Positions 9,270-18,506 of a stretch of 64,000 bases of DNA are shown here, in pieces. The position numbers and the translations under genes were made by a program. Position 1 is the stretch's first letter; each line of letters starts with the position of its first letter. The DNA is from Raoultibacter sp. (GTDB lineage Bacteria > Actinomycetota > Coriobacteriia > Coriobacteriales > Eggerthellaceae). The notes beneath the pieces were generated by a model. That model saw only the letters and a program-made list of their open reading frames with translations. It had not been told where the DNA came from and did no database searches. The DNA is taken from the NCBI GenBank assembly GCA_036650075.1, contig JAVWAI010000002.1:7652-71651 (forward strand), written 5' to 3'.

Positions 9270-10316
9270 CTACATCACCGCCGCTAAAGATTGAGCGAAA
9301 TAGAGCGAAAATCCTGTAGCTGCCAAGACGCCCGAAATAATCCAAAACCGCACGACAACCTTCGTTTCGCTCCACCCCTTCTTCTCGAAGTGATGATGAA
9401 GCGGTGCCATGAGAAACAAGCGCTTCTTCGTACGCTTGTAATGAAAGACCTGTAGCATGACCGAAACAGCTTCCGCCACAAACAGACCCCCGATGATCAA
9501 GGAGCAGAATTCCGTTTTCGTCAAAACAGCAAGACACCCGAGCGCCATGCCGAGCGCCAACGACCCGGTATCGCCCATGAAGATATCGGCGGGATACGAA
9601 TTGAACCAGAGAAAACCAATGCAAGCACCGGCGAGAGCAGCGGCGAAGATAGCACTATCGAGCAGGTCGCTGCGATAAGCTATGGCGGCCATGACAATCA
9701 TGACAATCATGACAGTACCACCAGCAAGGCCATCGAGACCATCGGTTAAATTAACCGCATTGCACATGCCGACGAGCAAGATATTAACAAAGAGAAGGTA
9801 GAGCCATGGAATGATTATGCCATCGCCAATCGGCAAAACCGTAGTCAGGATACCAAGATCGAACGTCATCAAAAACGGGATCTCAACGGTGGGCGCGATA
9901 TCGAGCATATTGACCGCAATCAGGCAAAAAACCGTCGCAATCAAAAACTGCCCAATCAGCTTCGCTTTCGGCGTCAAACCGAGAGAGCGTTCTTTGACCA
10001 CCTTGGAGGCATCGTCAAACAGGCCAAGCGCTCCGGTAACTAAAGTTGCGCCCAGCAGAAGAAACGTTTCCGGCGTGGGCTTTCCTACGATAAGCGCGGT
10101 GACCGCAACGGCCACCAGCATAACCATGCCACCCATAGTCGGAGTTCCCTGCTTGACCAAGTGGCTCTGGGGACCATCCGCACGAACCTGTTGCCCAATG
10201 CGACTTGCCCTCAATATTTTGATGAGGATCGGCGTCAGCAACATCGTGATAGCGGCAGCAACAACGATTGAGAGAAAAACTAAAAAGGTAGGATAATGTG
10301 CAAAGATAGTAAACAT
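9270..10316 (-). CDS. mraY: Phospho-N-acetylmuramoyl-pentapeptide transferase MraY
   Basis: Polytopic protein with KxGTPTMGG, NAVNLTDGLDGLA and HHHFE motifs. Confidence 0.96.
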   Translation of the reverse strand: MFTIFAHYPTFLVFLSIVVAAAITMLLTPILIKILRASRIGQQVRADGPQSHLVKQGTPTMGGMVMLVAVAVTALIVGKPTPETFLLLGATLVTGALGLFDDASKVVKERSLGLTPKAKLIGQFLIATVFCLIAVNMLDIAPTVEIPFLMTFDLGILTTVLPIGDGIIIPWLYLLFVNILLVGMCNAVNLTDGLDGLAGGTVMIVMIVMAAIAYRSDLLDSAIFAAALAGACIGFLWFNSYPADIFMGDTGSLALGMALGCLAVLTKTEFCSLIIGGLFVAEAVSVMLQVFHYKRTKKRLFLMAPLHHHFEKKGWSETKVVVRFWIISGVLAATGFSLYFAQSLAAVM

Positions 10317-11747
10317 TTAGCTGACAAGCCCCCCGACGATACGTTCGAGCCCCATAGAATGCGATGCCTTCACGAGCACGGCATCTTCCGGCTCAAGGCG
10401 CATTTCTAATTCGGTCAGGGCTTCCGCAATCGATTGTGTTTCGAATATGCATTCTGCAGACATACCATCCGCACGTGCCGCCTCGGCAATAAAACCAGCA
10501 AGCTTCCCGATGCAGATAAGATAATCAAGCGTAAGCGACGCAACAAGCTCGCCGATGTCTTCATGGCACGCCTGAGAGAAATCACCGAGCTCCCCCATGT
10601 CTCCCAGCACCGCAATGCGGCGACCGGAAACATCAAGAGCATCGAACATAAGCAAAGATGCCCGCATAGAATCAGGATTTGCATTGTAGGCGTCGTTGAT
10701 CACCAGGTAGCCATCCCGCGATTGGAGAATTTCCTGCCGGCCCGTTTCCGGTTCGGCGGCATTGAGCGCCCGCGCAATCAGGGCAACATCCATGCCGAAA
10801 CCGACTCCCACCGCAGCGGCCGCACAGGCGTTGTGTACGTTATGCAGCCCCCGAAGATTCAGAATGCACGAGGCACTGCCCCCGGGTGTATGCAAGACGA
10901 AATGAGGCTTTCCCTGTGCGTCGAGCTTGATATCCGTAGCGAAAACATCAGAACCGGGAAACGCTGAACCTGAGCCGTCGAAACGGCAGACAGAAACCCC
11001 GCGAGAAGCAACGTCGGAAACTTCACACACGAAATCGGTGTACTCGTCACTCGCGTTAAGGAAAGCACGACCGGTCTGGGCGGGCAGTGCCGTAATCAAT
11101 TCAGCTTTGGCACGGGCGATATTTTCGCGGTTGCCCAAAAGTTCGATATGGCTTTTGCCTACATTGGTAATCAAGCCCGAATCCGGGCAAACGAAATCAC
11201 AGAGTTCTTCCAGCTGCCCAAGCCCGCGCATACCCATTTCAACGATGACCATTTCTGTTTCGGGATCGGCAGAAAGCACGGTCTTAGGAACACCGAGTTC
11301 ATTGTTCTGGTTCCCCCTAGTGGCCACCACGGAAAACTGCGCCGAGAGCACATCGCGCACAAGATTTTTCGTGGTCGTCTTGCCCGTCGAACCGGTCACT
11401 CCGAGAACGTGACCGCGTAAATGGCGTCTCCACGCCCGAGCCAAATCGGTGATTGCGCTCGCAGTTGAAGCCACCTCGATAACCGCCGCACCCATTTCGC
11501 GCGCAAGGGTGCAGGTCGCTTCGTCGAGCTGCCGCATAACGAGAATAGCGCGCGCCCCTCGACGAAGCGCGGCAGCGATAAAATCGTGCCCATCAGCCTT
11601 CTCTCCTGGCAGCGCAACGTAAAGGTCTGCATCGATGACCGTGCGAGAATCCCATGTGATTCCGTAAGCAAGCTTACTCGCATCAAGGGGTTCCACCACC
11701 AGCGCGCCACCGGTATACTCGCATATTTGTTTTGCATTCAAACGCAT
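10317..11747 (-). CDS. murF: UDP-MurNAc-tripeptide--D-alanyl-D-alanine ligase MurF
   Basis: GVTGSTGKTTTK P-loop and Mur ligase domains. The track ORF begins at a GTG (11756). The ATG at 11745-11747 (MRLNAKQICEYTGG) has AGGTG 6 nt upstream. Confidence 0.93.
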   Translation of the reverse strand: MRLNAKQICEYTGGALVVEPLDASKLAYGITWDSRTVIDADLYVALPGEKADGHDFIAAALRRGARAILVMRQLDEATCTLAREMGAAVIEVASTASAITDLARAWRRHLRGHVLGVTGSTGKTTTKNLVRDVLSAQFSVVATRGNQNNELGVPKTVLSADPETEMVIVEMGMRGLGQLEELCDFVCPDSGLITNVGKSHIELLGNRENIARAKAELITALPAQTGRAFLNASDEYTDFVCEVSDVASRGVSVCRFDGSGSAFPGSDVFATDIKLDAQGKPHFVLHTPGGSASCILNLRGLHNVHNACAAAAVGVGFGMDVALIARALNAAEPETGRQEILQSRDGYLVINDAYNANPDSMRASLLMFDALDVSGRRIAVLGDMGELGDFSQACHEDIGELVASLTLDYLICIGKLAGFIAEAARADGMSAECIFETQSIAEALTELEMRLEPEDAVLVKASHSMGLERIVGGLVS

Positions 11748-11780
11748 AGAAAGCACCTGCTACTTTATCGTTTTTTTCGC

Positions 11781-13265
11781 TTATCCGAAAACTTTTTGAA
11801 GCTCTTCGGCTGCAACAACATGATCGTCGAACGAAAGCACTTCGTCACCGACGAGCTGATAATCTTCATGTCCTTTACCGGCAATCAAGATACTGTCCTC
11901 TGCCTGCGCCATCGCAATCGCCATCGCAATCGCGGCACGTCGATCGGGTTCGATCGCATAGCGTTCTCCGTTACCCACGATACCGCTGACAATGTTGTCG
12001 ATAATAACCCGAGGATCTTCGTTGCGCGGATTGTCGGAGGTGATCACCGCGAAATCACTTGCAAGCGCTGCGCGACCCATGATGGGGCGCTTGCTTGCAT
12101 CGCGATTGCCACCACACCCGAAAACAACGATGGTCTTGCCCTTGGTGAGAGCACGAACCGAGGAAATCGCCTTTTCAAGTGCGTCGGGCGTATGGGCATA
12201 GTCGACAAAAACCGACACCCCGCCGTCATGGGCCGTATTCACGCGCTGAAGCCGCCCGGGAATCTGAGGAGCGTCAGCTAGCGCTTCGACGATAATATCA
12301 ACGGGGATACCCAGCTGCAATCCGATGCCGAAAGCGAGCATGACATTAGAAACATTAAATTTTCCCACCAGAGGATAATCGAGCGCATAGTGGTTACCCC
12401 GCACATCAAGATCGACCTTTGTGTGGGTCGTGAAATATTCCACCGAATGCGGATGAATTTGTGCGGAAGCATCGAATCCGACAGAAATTACACTGTCTTC
12501 GGCCGCCGAACAACGCCGCAATAGCTCGGTGCCGTATGCATCATCGATACATATCACGCGACGAGCGGGATATTCCTTCGAGAAGAGGCGCGCCTTCGCT
12601 TCGAAGTACGCCTCGAATGTTTTATGGTAGTCAAGGTGATCCTGAGTGAGATTGGAGAAAGCGGTCACCGCGAATTCTGATCCCCACGTACGTTCGAGAT
12701 CGAGCGCATGGCTTGAAACCTCCATAGCAACCACGTCGCACCGTTTTTCACGCATACGCGCAAAAAGCTGCTGCAAATCAGGGGATTCAGGCGTCGTATG
12801 GTCGCTTTTTTCCTGGATACCATCAATGCGCACCCCAACCGTACCGATAAGACCCGTACACTTCCCCGCAACCTTGGCAATATGCTCGAGAAGATACGTC
12901 GTTGTTGTTTTACCGTTGGTGCCCGTGATGCCGACGAGGTTAAAAGCTCGTGAAGGATGCTCATAAAAATTCATGGATGCGGCCGCCATCGCTTTACGCG
13001 TATCCGCCACAACAACTTCGGTGACATCGGTCGCATCGGCGAGGTACACCTTTCGCTGCACCACCAAAACACGCGCGCCACGGTCGATTGCGTCCTGAGC
13101 AAAAGAATGCCCATCAGCGCTGAATCCGACTATGCAGAAAAACGCATCGCCTTCCTGCACCGCGTCACTGCGGTAAGCAATGCCCTTAACTTCTTCGCTT
13201 TCGTTTCCTATAACGGTACAGTCGATGCCGCAGAAAAGCTCTTTACATGTTTTCGTCATGGCCAT
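11781..13265 (-). CDS. murE: UDP-MurNAc-L-Ala-D-Glu--2,6-diaminopimelate (or L-Lys) ligase MurE
   Basis: GITGTNGKTTT P-loop, a DNPR motif near the C-terminus (ITSDNPRNEDP), and dcw position. Confidence 0.94.
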   Translation of the reverse strand: MAMTKTCKELFCGIDCTVIGNESEEVKGIAYRSDAVQEGDAFFCIVGFSADGHSFAQDAIDRGARVLVVQRKVYLADATDVTEVVVADTRKAMAAASMNFYEHPSRAFNLVGITGTNGKTTTTYLLEHIAKVAGKCTGLIGTVGVRIDGIQEKSDHTTPESPDLQQLFARMREKRCDVVAMEVSSHALDLERTWGSEFAVTAFSNLTQDHLDYHKTFEAYFEAKARLFSKEYPARRVICIDDAYGTELLRRCSAAEDSVISVGFDASAQIHPHSVEYFTTHTKVDLDVRGNHYALDYPLVGKFNVSNVMLAFGIGLQLGIPVDIIVEALADAPQIPGRLQRVNTAHDGGVSVFVDYAHTPDALEKAISSVRALTKGKTIVVFGCGGNRDASKRPIMGRAALASDFAVITSDNPRNEDPRVIIDNIVSGIVGNGERYAIEPDRRAAIAMAIAMAQAEDSILIAGKGHEDYQLVGDEVLSFDDHVVAAEELQKVFG

Positions 13266-13267
13266 CC

Positions 13268-15007
13268 TTACTGAGGTGTGATTTTGTATCGGTCGATTGC
13301 AAACGCCATTATATCCTTAAACACTGCAGCCGTTGACCTATCCCCCGGAACCTCAGTAGCACCCACAAAACAAACTAATTGAGAGTTCGAGTGAGGCATA
13401 TATCCGATAAATGAAATATTGTAGAATCCCTTCACGTAACCGCCCGTGTCGTCGGCGTATTCAGCCGTTCCCGTCTTGCCGGCAACAGAATAGCCGTCAA
13501 TTGCAGCCGGCTTGCCCGTTCCATCGGTAACCACGCTTTCCAACAGGCTGGTCATCGCTGGAATAGCCGCCTTGTTCATCACCACATCTTCGGTTGGATA
13601 GGATAGCGTTTCGTTGTTCTGGGGTTTCGCGATAAGGAAGTGGGGTGTGCATTCGATGCCCTTGTTCGTCAACGCACCGTAAAAACGCGCCATCTGCAAC
13701 GGGGTAACCGATATGCCCTGTCCGAAACTGATGTTATATGCCTGAATGGTCGACCAGTTTTTTTGATTGAGCAGATACCCTGCCGCTTCACCCGGATAAT
13801 CAACCCCGGTTTCTTCGTTGAAATTGTATTGCAATATCTTGTCGTAGAGCACCGGAAACGTCAACTTCGAGGCTGCAAGCGACAAACCAACATTTGAACT
13901 ATTGGCAAAAATTTTGCGTAAACTCATGGTTTCATCACCGCGCTCGTGAGCATCCGAAACAAAGTATTCATCCGCCGGCAAATAAGCCGGACAGAAAAGA
14001 GTATCGTCGGGAGTCATAAGGCCCGCCTCCAGCACGCCCAAGATTGGAACGGCCTTGAAAATCGAACCCGGCTCGAAGGCGGTCGTGATCGACTTCAACT
14101 CGGTCGCTCCCGCTTCAACTTTGCTTCGGTCCGAAGGATTCAGATATGGCAGCGAGGCGCAAGCGAGTATTTCTCCTGTTCCACCATCCATGATGACAGA
14201 ATTGCCCCCCTTGCCTTCAAGATCTTTCACGCCCTGCGCGAGACGATCTTCGAGATAACCCTGCATACCCAGATCGAGCGACACGATAATGTCCTGCCCG
14301 TTCACGGCATTGGTGTCTTCGGTAACACCGCCAGGGATGGGAATACCACCCTCCCCGCGTTCGGCAACCATCCTGCCCGGAGTACCCGTAAGAATATCGT
14401 TGTAATACAGCTCAAGCCCGGAAAGACCCTCATCGTCGATGTTGACGAACCCAATCACCTGTCCGCCGATCTGATCGTTGGGGTACACACGACGGGAGTC
14501 ATTGATGAAGTAGATGCCGTCTAGATCCATCTCTTTGAGCTGAGCGGCTTTTTCTGCATCGGCTTTGCGCTTCAGGTAGGCGAACGGCGTGTCGGCGGTC
14601 TGGAGCTTGTCCCGATAATCCTTGGCTTCCCCTCCCAAGATAGACGCGAGCTTTTCCGCTTCACCGGATGCGTCGGTCACTTCGTGCGGATTGCAATAGA
14701 TAGTCGTCGCATCAACCGTGGTGGCGAGCACGGTACCATTGCGATCATAGATGGTTCCCCGTCGGGGGGAGAGCTCGATAGTGGTCGTACGCGCCTCCCG
14801 CGCCTGAGCAGAATACTCATCTGCGACGATGACCTGTAGAAAGACAAGACGGAACACGAATATGAGCACGATACCCGCAAAGATTGCAAGCAAAAGCATC
14901 GCGCGCGAAGAATCCAGTGAGATTTCCTGTCCTGAATACTTACGGGGAGCACGATCGTCGGGGCGTTTACCGCCAGTTGATGAATCCGTTCGATTGCGGT
15001 AAGCCAT
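13268..15007 (-). CDS. ftsI: Class B penicillin-binding protein (division transpeptidase FtsI/PBP2-type)
   Basis: N-terminal TM anchor, a PBP dimerisation domain, and transpeptidase motifs read by eye (a SxxK-like FEPGSIFK, SSN, KTGTA). dcw position after ftsL. Confidence 0.92.
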   Translation of the reverse strand: MAYRNRTDSSTGGKRPDDRAPRKYSGQEISLDSSRAMLLLAIFAGIVLIFVFRLVFLQVIVADEYSAQAREARTTTIELSPRRGTIYDRNGTVLATTVDATTIYCNPHEVTDASGEAEKLASILGGEAKDYRDKLQTADTPFAYLKRKADAEKAAQLKEMDLDGIYFINDSRRVYPNDQIGGQVIGFVNIDDEGLSGLELYYNDILTGTPGRMVAERGEGGIPIPGGVTEDTNAVNGQDIIVSLDLGMQGYLEDRLAQGVKDLEGKGGNSVIMDGGTGEILACASLPYLNPSDRSKVEAGATELKSITTAFEPGSIFKAVPILGVLEAGLMTPDDTLFCPAYLPADEYFVSDAHERGDETMSLRKIFANSSNVGLSLAASKLTFPVLYDKILQYNFNEETGVDYPGEAAGYLLNQKNWSTIQAYNISFGQGISVTPLQMARFYGALTNKGIECTPHFLIAKPQNNETLSYPTEDVVMNKAAIPAMTSLLESVVTDGTGKPAAIDGYSVAGKTGTAEYADDTGGYVKGFYNISFIGYMPHSNSQLVCFVGATEVPGDRSTAAVFKDIMAFAIDRYKITPQ

Positions 15008-15014
15008 ACAAGGC

Positions 15015-15482
15015 CTAGCCCTGACGCGTAGCTGCAGCTAAACTCTGGGAAAGCGAGAGACTACCGGTTTCGTCAGTTAACACAACGTCTTGAGGAAGCG
15101 TCAAAGTTGTCGATCCCGCCGCGACGCCCATGTTGAGCGCTGCCGCTTCTCTTTTCACATAGCTCGGATTCGAAAGAAAGCTCTGTTTCACTTCCAAGCT
15201 GTTACTCGTTGAGCGAACAGTTTCTATCTGAGAAGATATTTCTTGAGAAGCCAAAGCCGTGGTCACTGTGGCAGACACGAGCGCGATGCGCACGCAGCCG
15301 ATAAGAGCCAAAACGAGCAGGGCTCCTGCAGCTATTTTCGCCAGGGTCACAACCTGCTTCGACAGGGTATTTTGGTGGGTGGTCTTACCACGGCCAGGTA
15401 CTACGCGAACCTGCGGTGAACGTTGCGGGCGCGGATAGCGCTCGGGATAATCATAACGATATGCTGGTGCAGCACCTGCCAT
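15015..15482 (-). CDS. ftsL: FtsL-like bitopic cell-division protein
   Basis: 155 aa with a basic Pro/Arg N-terminus, a single TM (IAAGALLVLALIGCVRIALV) and a coiled-coil-like ectodomain. A strong GGAGGTGG RBS precedes it. The call rests on architecture and its position between rsmH and ftsI, because sequence conservation in this family is weak. Confidence 0.7.
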   Translation of the reverse strand: MAGAAPAYRYDYPERYPRPQRSPQVRVVPGRGKTTHQNTLSKQVVTLAKIAAGALLVLALIGCVRIALVSATVTTALASQEISSQIETVRSTSNSLEVKQSFLSNPSYVKREAAALNMGVAAGSTTLTLPQDVVLTDETGSLSLSQSLAAATRQG

Positions 15483-15575
15483 GAGCCACCTCCTTTTTCT
15501 CTGTTTAATCTACGTTTACGGTGTTTGTGCTCTTTATATTTCAAACGACCAAAGTCGTCTGGTGTTTTTTGTGAT

Positions 15576-16559
15576 CTACAAGCGTTCTGCAACCCTCAGC
15601 TTCGCACTGCGAGCTCGGGGATTGCGTTCGATCTCGGCTTCGGTCGGGACAAGCGGTTTGCGCATGATCAACTTGATTACGGGCTTGTTACCACATACGC
15701 AAACAGGCAAATCGGGAGGACAAATACATCCTCGCGCATGCCGCGCGAAAACATCCTTGACAATTCTGTCTTCGAGCGAGTGATAACTCATGACCACGAT
15801 ACGACCTCCGGGCGCAAGCCACCGCAGTGCCGATTCGAGTCCACGGCGTAAAACGGTCAACTCCGAGTTGACCTCTATCCGCAGCGCCTGGAATGTCCGC
15901 TTGGCAGGGTGTCCCCCGGCGCGACGTGCTGAAGCGGGAACGGCGGCCTTGATAACTTCGACCAGCTGTTCGCTCGTTTCTATGGCGCCGTTAACACGTT
16001 CCTTGCAGATGAATTCCGCAATGCGACTTGCCCATTTCTCGTCCGAGTAATCACGGAGAATCCGAGTGAGATCTGCTGCGTTATAAGTGTTGACGATCTC
16101 TGCTGCGTTAAGGGTTTGTTTGCCCGGATCCATCCGCATATCAAGTGGGCCGTTCTCTTTGAAAGAGAAGCCACGAGACGGCGTATCAATCTGCACCGAA
16201 GAAACCCCCAGGTCGAATAAAAATGCATCGACGGAGGGAATCTCTGCCTGGAGAAGCAGAGCATCCATATCACCGAAGTTACCACGCAGAAGGTGCAATG
16301 CAGGTCGCTCGTTTTCGGGTATGGATTCAAGACGTTGACGAGCGGCTTTCAATGCCACTTCATCTTGATCGATCCCAATCAAAGTACCTGTTGCGCCAAG
16401 CTGTTTGGCCGCTTCGAGGGAATGCCCCGCACCGCCGAGTGTTGCGTCCACGAATGTGTGCTGTGTTTTAAGCTGTAGGTATTCGAGGCACTCGGCGAGC
16501 AGAACCGGTGTATGCCGATATTCGTTTGTCACTCCGCTCACGTCTAGGCTATCCAACAT
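15576..16559 (-). CDS. rsmH: 16S rRNA (cytosine1402-N4)-methyltransferase RsmH (MraW)
   Basis: HTPVLL, DATLGGAGHS, DLGVSS and SYHSLEDR motifs. The track ORF extends to 16622 inside mraZ. The ATG at 16557-16559 (MLDSLDV) overlaps the mraZ end by 11 nt. Confidence 0.93.
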   Translation of the reverse strand: MLDSLDVSGVTNEYRHTPVLLAECLEYLQLKTQHTFVDATLGGAGHSLEAAKQLGATGTLIGIDQDEVALKAARQRLESIPENERPALHLLRGNFGDMDALLLQAEIPSVDAFLFDLGVSSVQIDTPSRGFSFKENGPLDMRMDPGKQTLNAAEIVNTYNAADLTRILRDYSDEKWASRIAEFICKERVNGAIETSEQLVEVIKAAVPASARRAGGHPAKRTFQALRIEVNSELTVLRRGLESALRWLAPGGRIVVMSYHSLEDRIVKDVFARHARGCICPPDLPVCVCGNKPVIKLIMRKPLVPTEAEIERNPRARSAKLRVAERL

Positions 16560-16977
16560 ACAGCGAATCGAGCGTAATGCTGCTGCAGAAATCATCCCAA
16601 CGCTTCGCGTCCCAAATCTCAAAATGATCGGTATCGCCTATAAGAACAACCTCTTTGTCAAGACCCGCAGCTTCGCGCTGGGCTGACGAGACGCCGATAC
16701 GGTTTGACCCGTCGACTTCAATGTCTATTGCACGCGAATTCAAAATCTTGCGCTGTGCAGCGTGCATCGAGTTGCTCGTCTGAAAACCGCCGTCTTTTTC
16801 AAACAGCGATTCCACCCACACGTCAAAACCTTCCGGCTCAAAAACGTAGAGGCACTCCCCTTTCGGTGACAGAGTGACCATGAGATTTTTCGGAAGAATC
16901 TTACGGAATGCGGCGGGAAGCGAAAGGCGGCCTTTTGCATCGAGTTTATGGTGAAATTCACCATGCAATCCAGCCAT
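16549..16977 (-). CDS. mraZ: Transcriptional regulator MraZ
   Basis: 142 aa with two SpoVT/AbrB-like repeats, each carrying a DxxGR motif (LDAKGRLSLP and VDGSNRIGV). It is the first gene of the dcw cluster and has an AAGGAGGGAA RBS. Confidence 0.95.
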   Translation of the reverse strand: MAGLHGEFHHKLDAKGRLSLPAAFRKILPKNLMVTLSPKGECLYVFEPEGFDVWVESLFEKDGGFQTSNSMHAAQRKILNSRAIDIEVDGSNRIGVSSAQREAAGLDKEVVLIGDTDHFEIWDAKRWDDFCSSITLDSLYVG

Positions 16978-17013
16978 GCTTTCCCTCCTTCCGAATCAGT
17001 TCCTCCGACAAGC

Positions 17014-17080
17014 GACATTCTATCCCACTTTGTCCCACTCCGCAACAAAATATGGGCCATTCACCCCCTTTCAAACCCAC
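17014..17080 (-). promoter_or_regulatory. Candidate dcw promoter with GTGGG direct repeats (putative MraZ operator)
   Basis: Minus strand reads TTGAAA (17069-17074), a 16-nt spacer, then TATTTT (17047-17052). Immediately downstream is GAGTGGGACAAAGTGGGATAGAATG, where the GTGGG pentamers (plus-strand CCCAC at 17034-17038 and 17024-17028) are spaced exactly 10 bp. A further GTGGG at 17076-17080 overlaps the -35. Confidence 0.45.
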
Positions 17081-17163
17081 TTCAACCCCCTTTCCGCCCC
17101 GTTTCCTCCCAAAAGCAAGAGTCGATATTTTTTTAAAAACTAACTGTTGCCCGAAGCAAAGAA

Positions 17164-17189
17164 AGCCGCCACAAGATGATGTGGCGGCT
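17164..17189 (-). terminator. Rho-independent terminator downstream of the recombinase gene
   Basis: Minus strand reads AGCCGCCAC-8 nt-GTGGCGGCT (9-bp stem) followed by TTCTTTGCTT. Confidence 0.6.
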
Positions 17190-17303
17190 GAGCTACAAAA
17201 AAATTTATGCAGGATATATGGGTTTGATCGAAACGACATCGAGAAAGCAATTGATGGATAAGAAGCACCGAACCTATCGGTTTTGTGAATAAAACAGGCA
17301 GAA

Positions 17304-18197
17304 TCAAGCACGCGGGTGTGCCGCGAGATAATCCTCCTTTATGTGAGCGCGCGACACATGCGTATATACCTGAGTGGTCGCAATGTCGGCATGACCGAGA
17401 ATTTCCTGGATCACGCGCAAGTCGGCACCGCCTTCAAGCAGATGCGTCGCAAACGAATGGCGCAGCGTATGGGGATGAAGATTCTTCACGCCGATAGCCA
17501 GCCCCGCTCGAGCAACGATCGCATGGACGCTCTGCCGCGTCAAGCGACCGCCACGTGCGTTGAGAAACACTGCAGACACCGGCTTTGCCGAGGACTTCAA
17601 CAGCTCGGGACGCACTTCGCGAAGATACTCGCGCAACACCTCTACAGCCTTGCCCGAAAAAGGAGTGATGCGCTCCTTTAATCCCTTACCCATCACAAGC
17701 AGATACCCTTTCTCGAACAGGACATCTCCTACGTCGAGCCCCACCAGCTCACTGACCCGCAGCCCGCATCCGTAAAGCACCTCAAGTATCGCGCGATTGC
17801 GCAGGGCCAGAAGATCGCTCCCGAAATCCTGCGAGAGCAAGGCATCGACCTGGCCGATAGAAAGCACATCGGGGAGATGCCCGGGGACGCAGGGAAGCGA
17901 AAGGGTGTCGCAAGGATCGGTTTCGCAGTAATTTTCACGGACAAGAAAACGATGAAAACCCTTCAACACCGAAACGTACTGCTCGATGGTCGAGGGGGCA
18001 TAACCTCGACCGATTAAATCCGATTCGTAGGCTACCACATCATCGCGCTCGACAGCCCCAACTCGATCGATGGATCGTTTCAAAAGAAACGCCTGATAAT
18101 CAAGCAGGTTGTGCTCATAGACCGAAATCGTCAGCTCCGAACAACCCCGCTCGACGGCGAGATAAGAAAGGTATTCTCTTATAACGGCCTGCATCAT
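17304..18197 (-). CDS. xerD: Site-specific tyrosine recombinase, XerD/XerC type
   Basis: 297 aa with an N-terminal SAM-like core-binding domain and a catalytic domain. The catalytic domain carries ARGGRLTRQ, HPHTLRHSFATHLL, and GHADIATTQVYTHV with the terminal Tyr. Typical Xer length and no flanking phage genes. XerC versus XerD cannot be settled by eye. Confidence 0.85.
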   Translation of the reverse strand: MMQAVIREYLSYLAVERGCSELTISVYEHNLLDYQAFLLKRSIDRVGAVERDDVVAYESDLIGRGYAPSTIEQYVSVLKGFHRFLVRENYCETDPCDTLSLPCVPGHLPDVLSIGQVDALLSQDFGSDLLALRNRAILEVLYGCGLRVSELVGLDVGDVLFEKGYLLVMGKGLKERITPFSGKAVEVLREYLREVRPELLKSSAKPVSAVFLNARGGRLTRQSVHAIVARAGLAIGVKNLHPHTLRHSFATHLLEGGADLRVIQEILGHADIATTQVYTHVSRAHIKEDYLAAHPRA

Positions 18198-18419
18198 AAC
18201 CGATACGCCCCTTCTTTAATAGTGACTCCATTCTACTCGAAATCAGAGCAACCCAACCCATCGCAGCAAGCACAGGGGTTGCAACCAGAAAACCACCGAT
18301 TCACCCGACACCTCATACCAAAACATCGCTTTCAAAAAACTTCCGACAGCGATGTCGAAAAGAAACAAAACCTCGATGGAGAGGCACTTACCTGCTGACT
18401 GTGCACAGCCGTGATAGGC

Positions 18420-18472
18420 TATAATTCTTGATATCACACGATTGTCGCACCGTGGTGAATACCATTCACCAC
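18420..18472 (+). promoter_or_regulatory. TATAAT box plus a perfect 9-3-9 palindrome upstream of the DUF1846 gene
   Basis: TATAAT lies at 18420-18425 with only a weak -35 (CTGACT, 19-nt spacer). GTGGTGAAT-ACC-ATTCACCAC lies at 18452-18472, 35 nt before the ATG. It could be an operator or a 5' UTR hairpin. Confidence 0.4.
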
Positions 18473-18506
18473 AGACCCACCACCCACGAAAGGGGCGCCA
18501 CCTTTT

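Noticed and set aside
15090-15110. DETGSL in the FtsL-like protein as a third copy of the MurJ-tail DETGAI motif.
   Set aside because: It lies in the predicted extracytoplasmic C-terminal domain of a bitopic protein, so it could not be a cytoplasmic kinase/FHA site. A 4-5 residue match is expected by chance. I mention it only as a caution for the MurJ hypothesis.
17304-18197. The tyrosine recombinase as a marker of an integrated mobile element.
   Set aside because: It has Xer-type length and motifs. There are no flanking phage, plasmid or transposon genes, no direct repeats or tRNA attachment site beside it, and it sits between the dcw cluster and housekeeping genes. A chromosome-dimer-resolution Xer recombinase is the simpler call.
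18452-18472. The palindrome upstream of the DUF1846 gene as a Fur/Zur/IdeR box.
   Set aside because: TGAAT-ACC-ATTCA has 5-nt arms with a 3-nt spacer. It does not align with the 7-1-7 Fur/Zur-type or 19-bp DtxR/IdeR consensus sequences I know. The resemblance is limited to the TGAA/TTCA ends.
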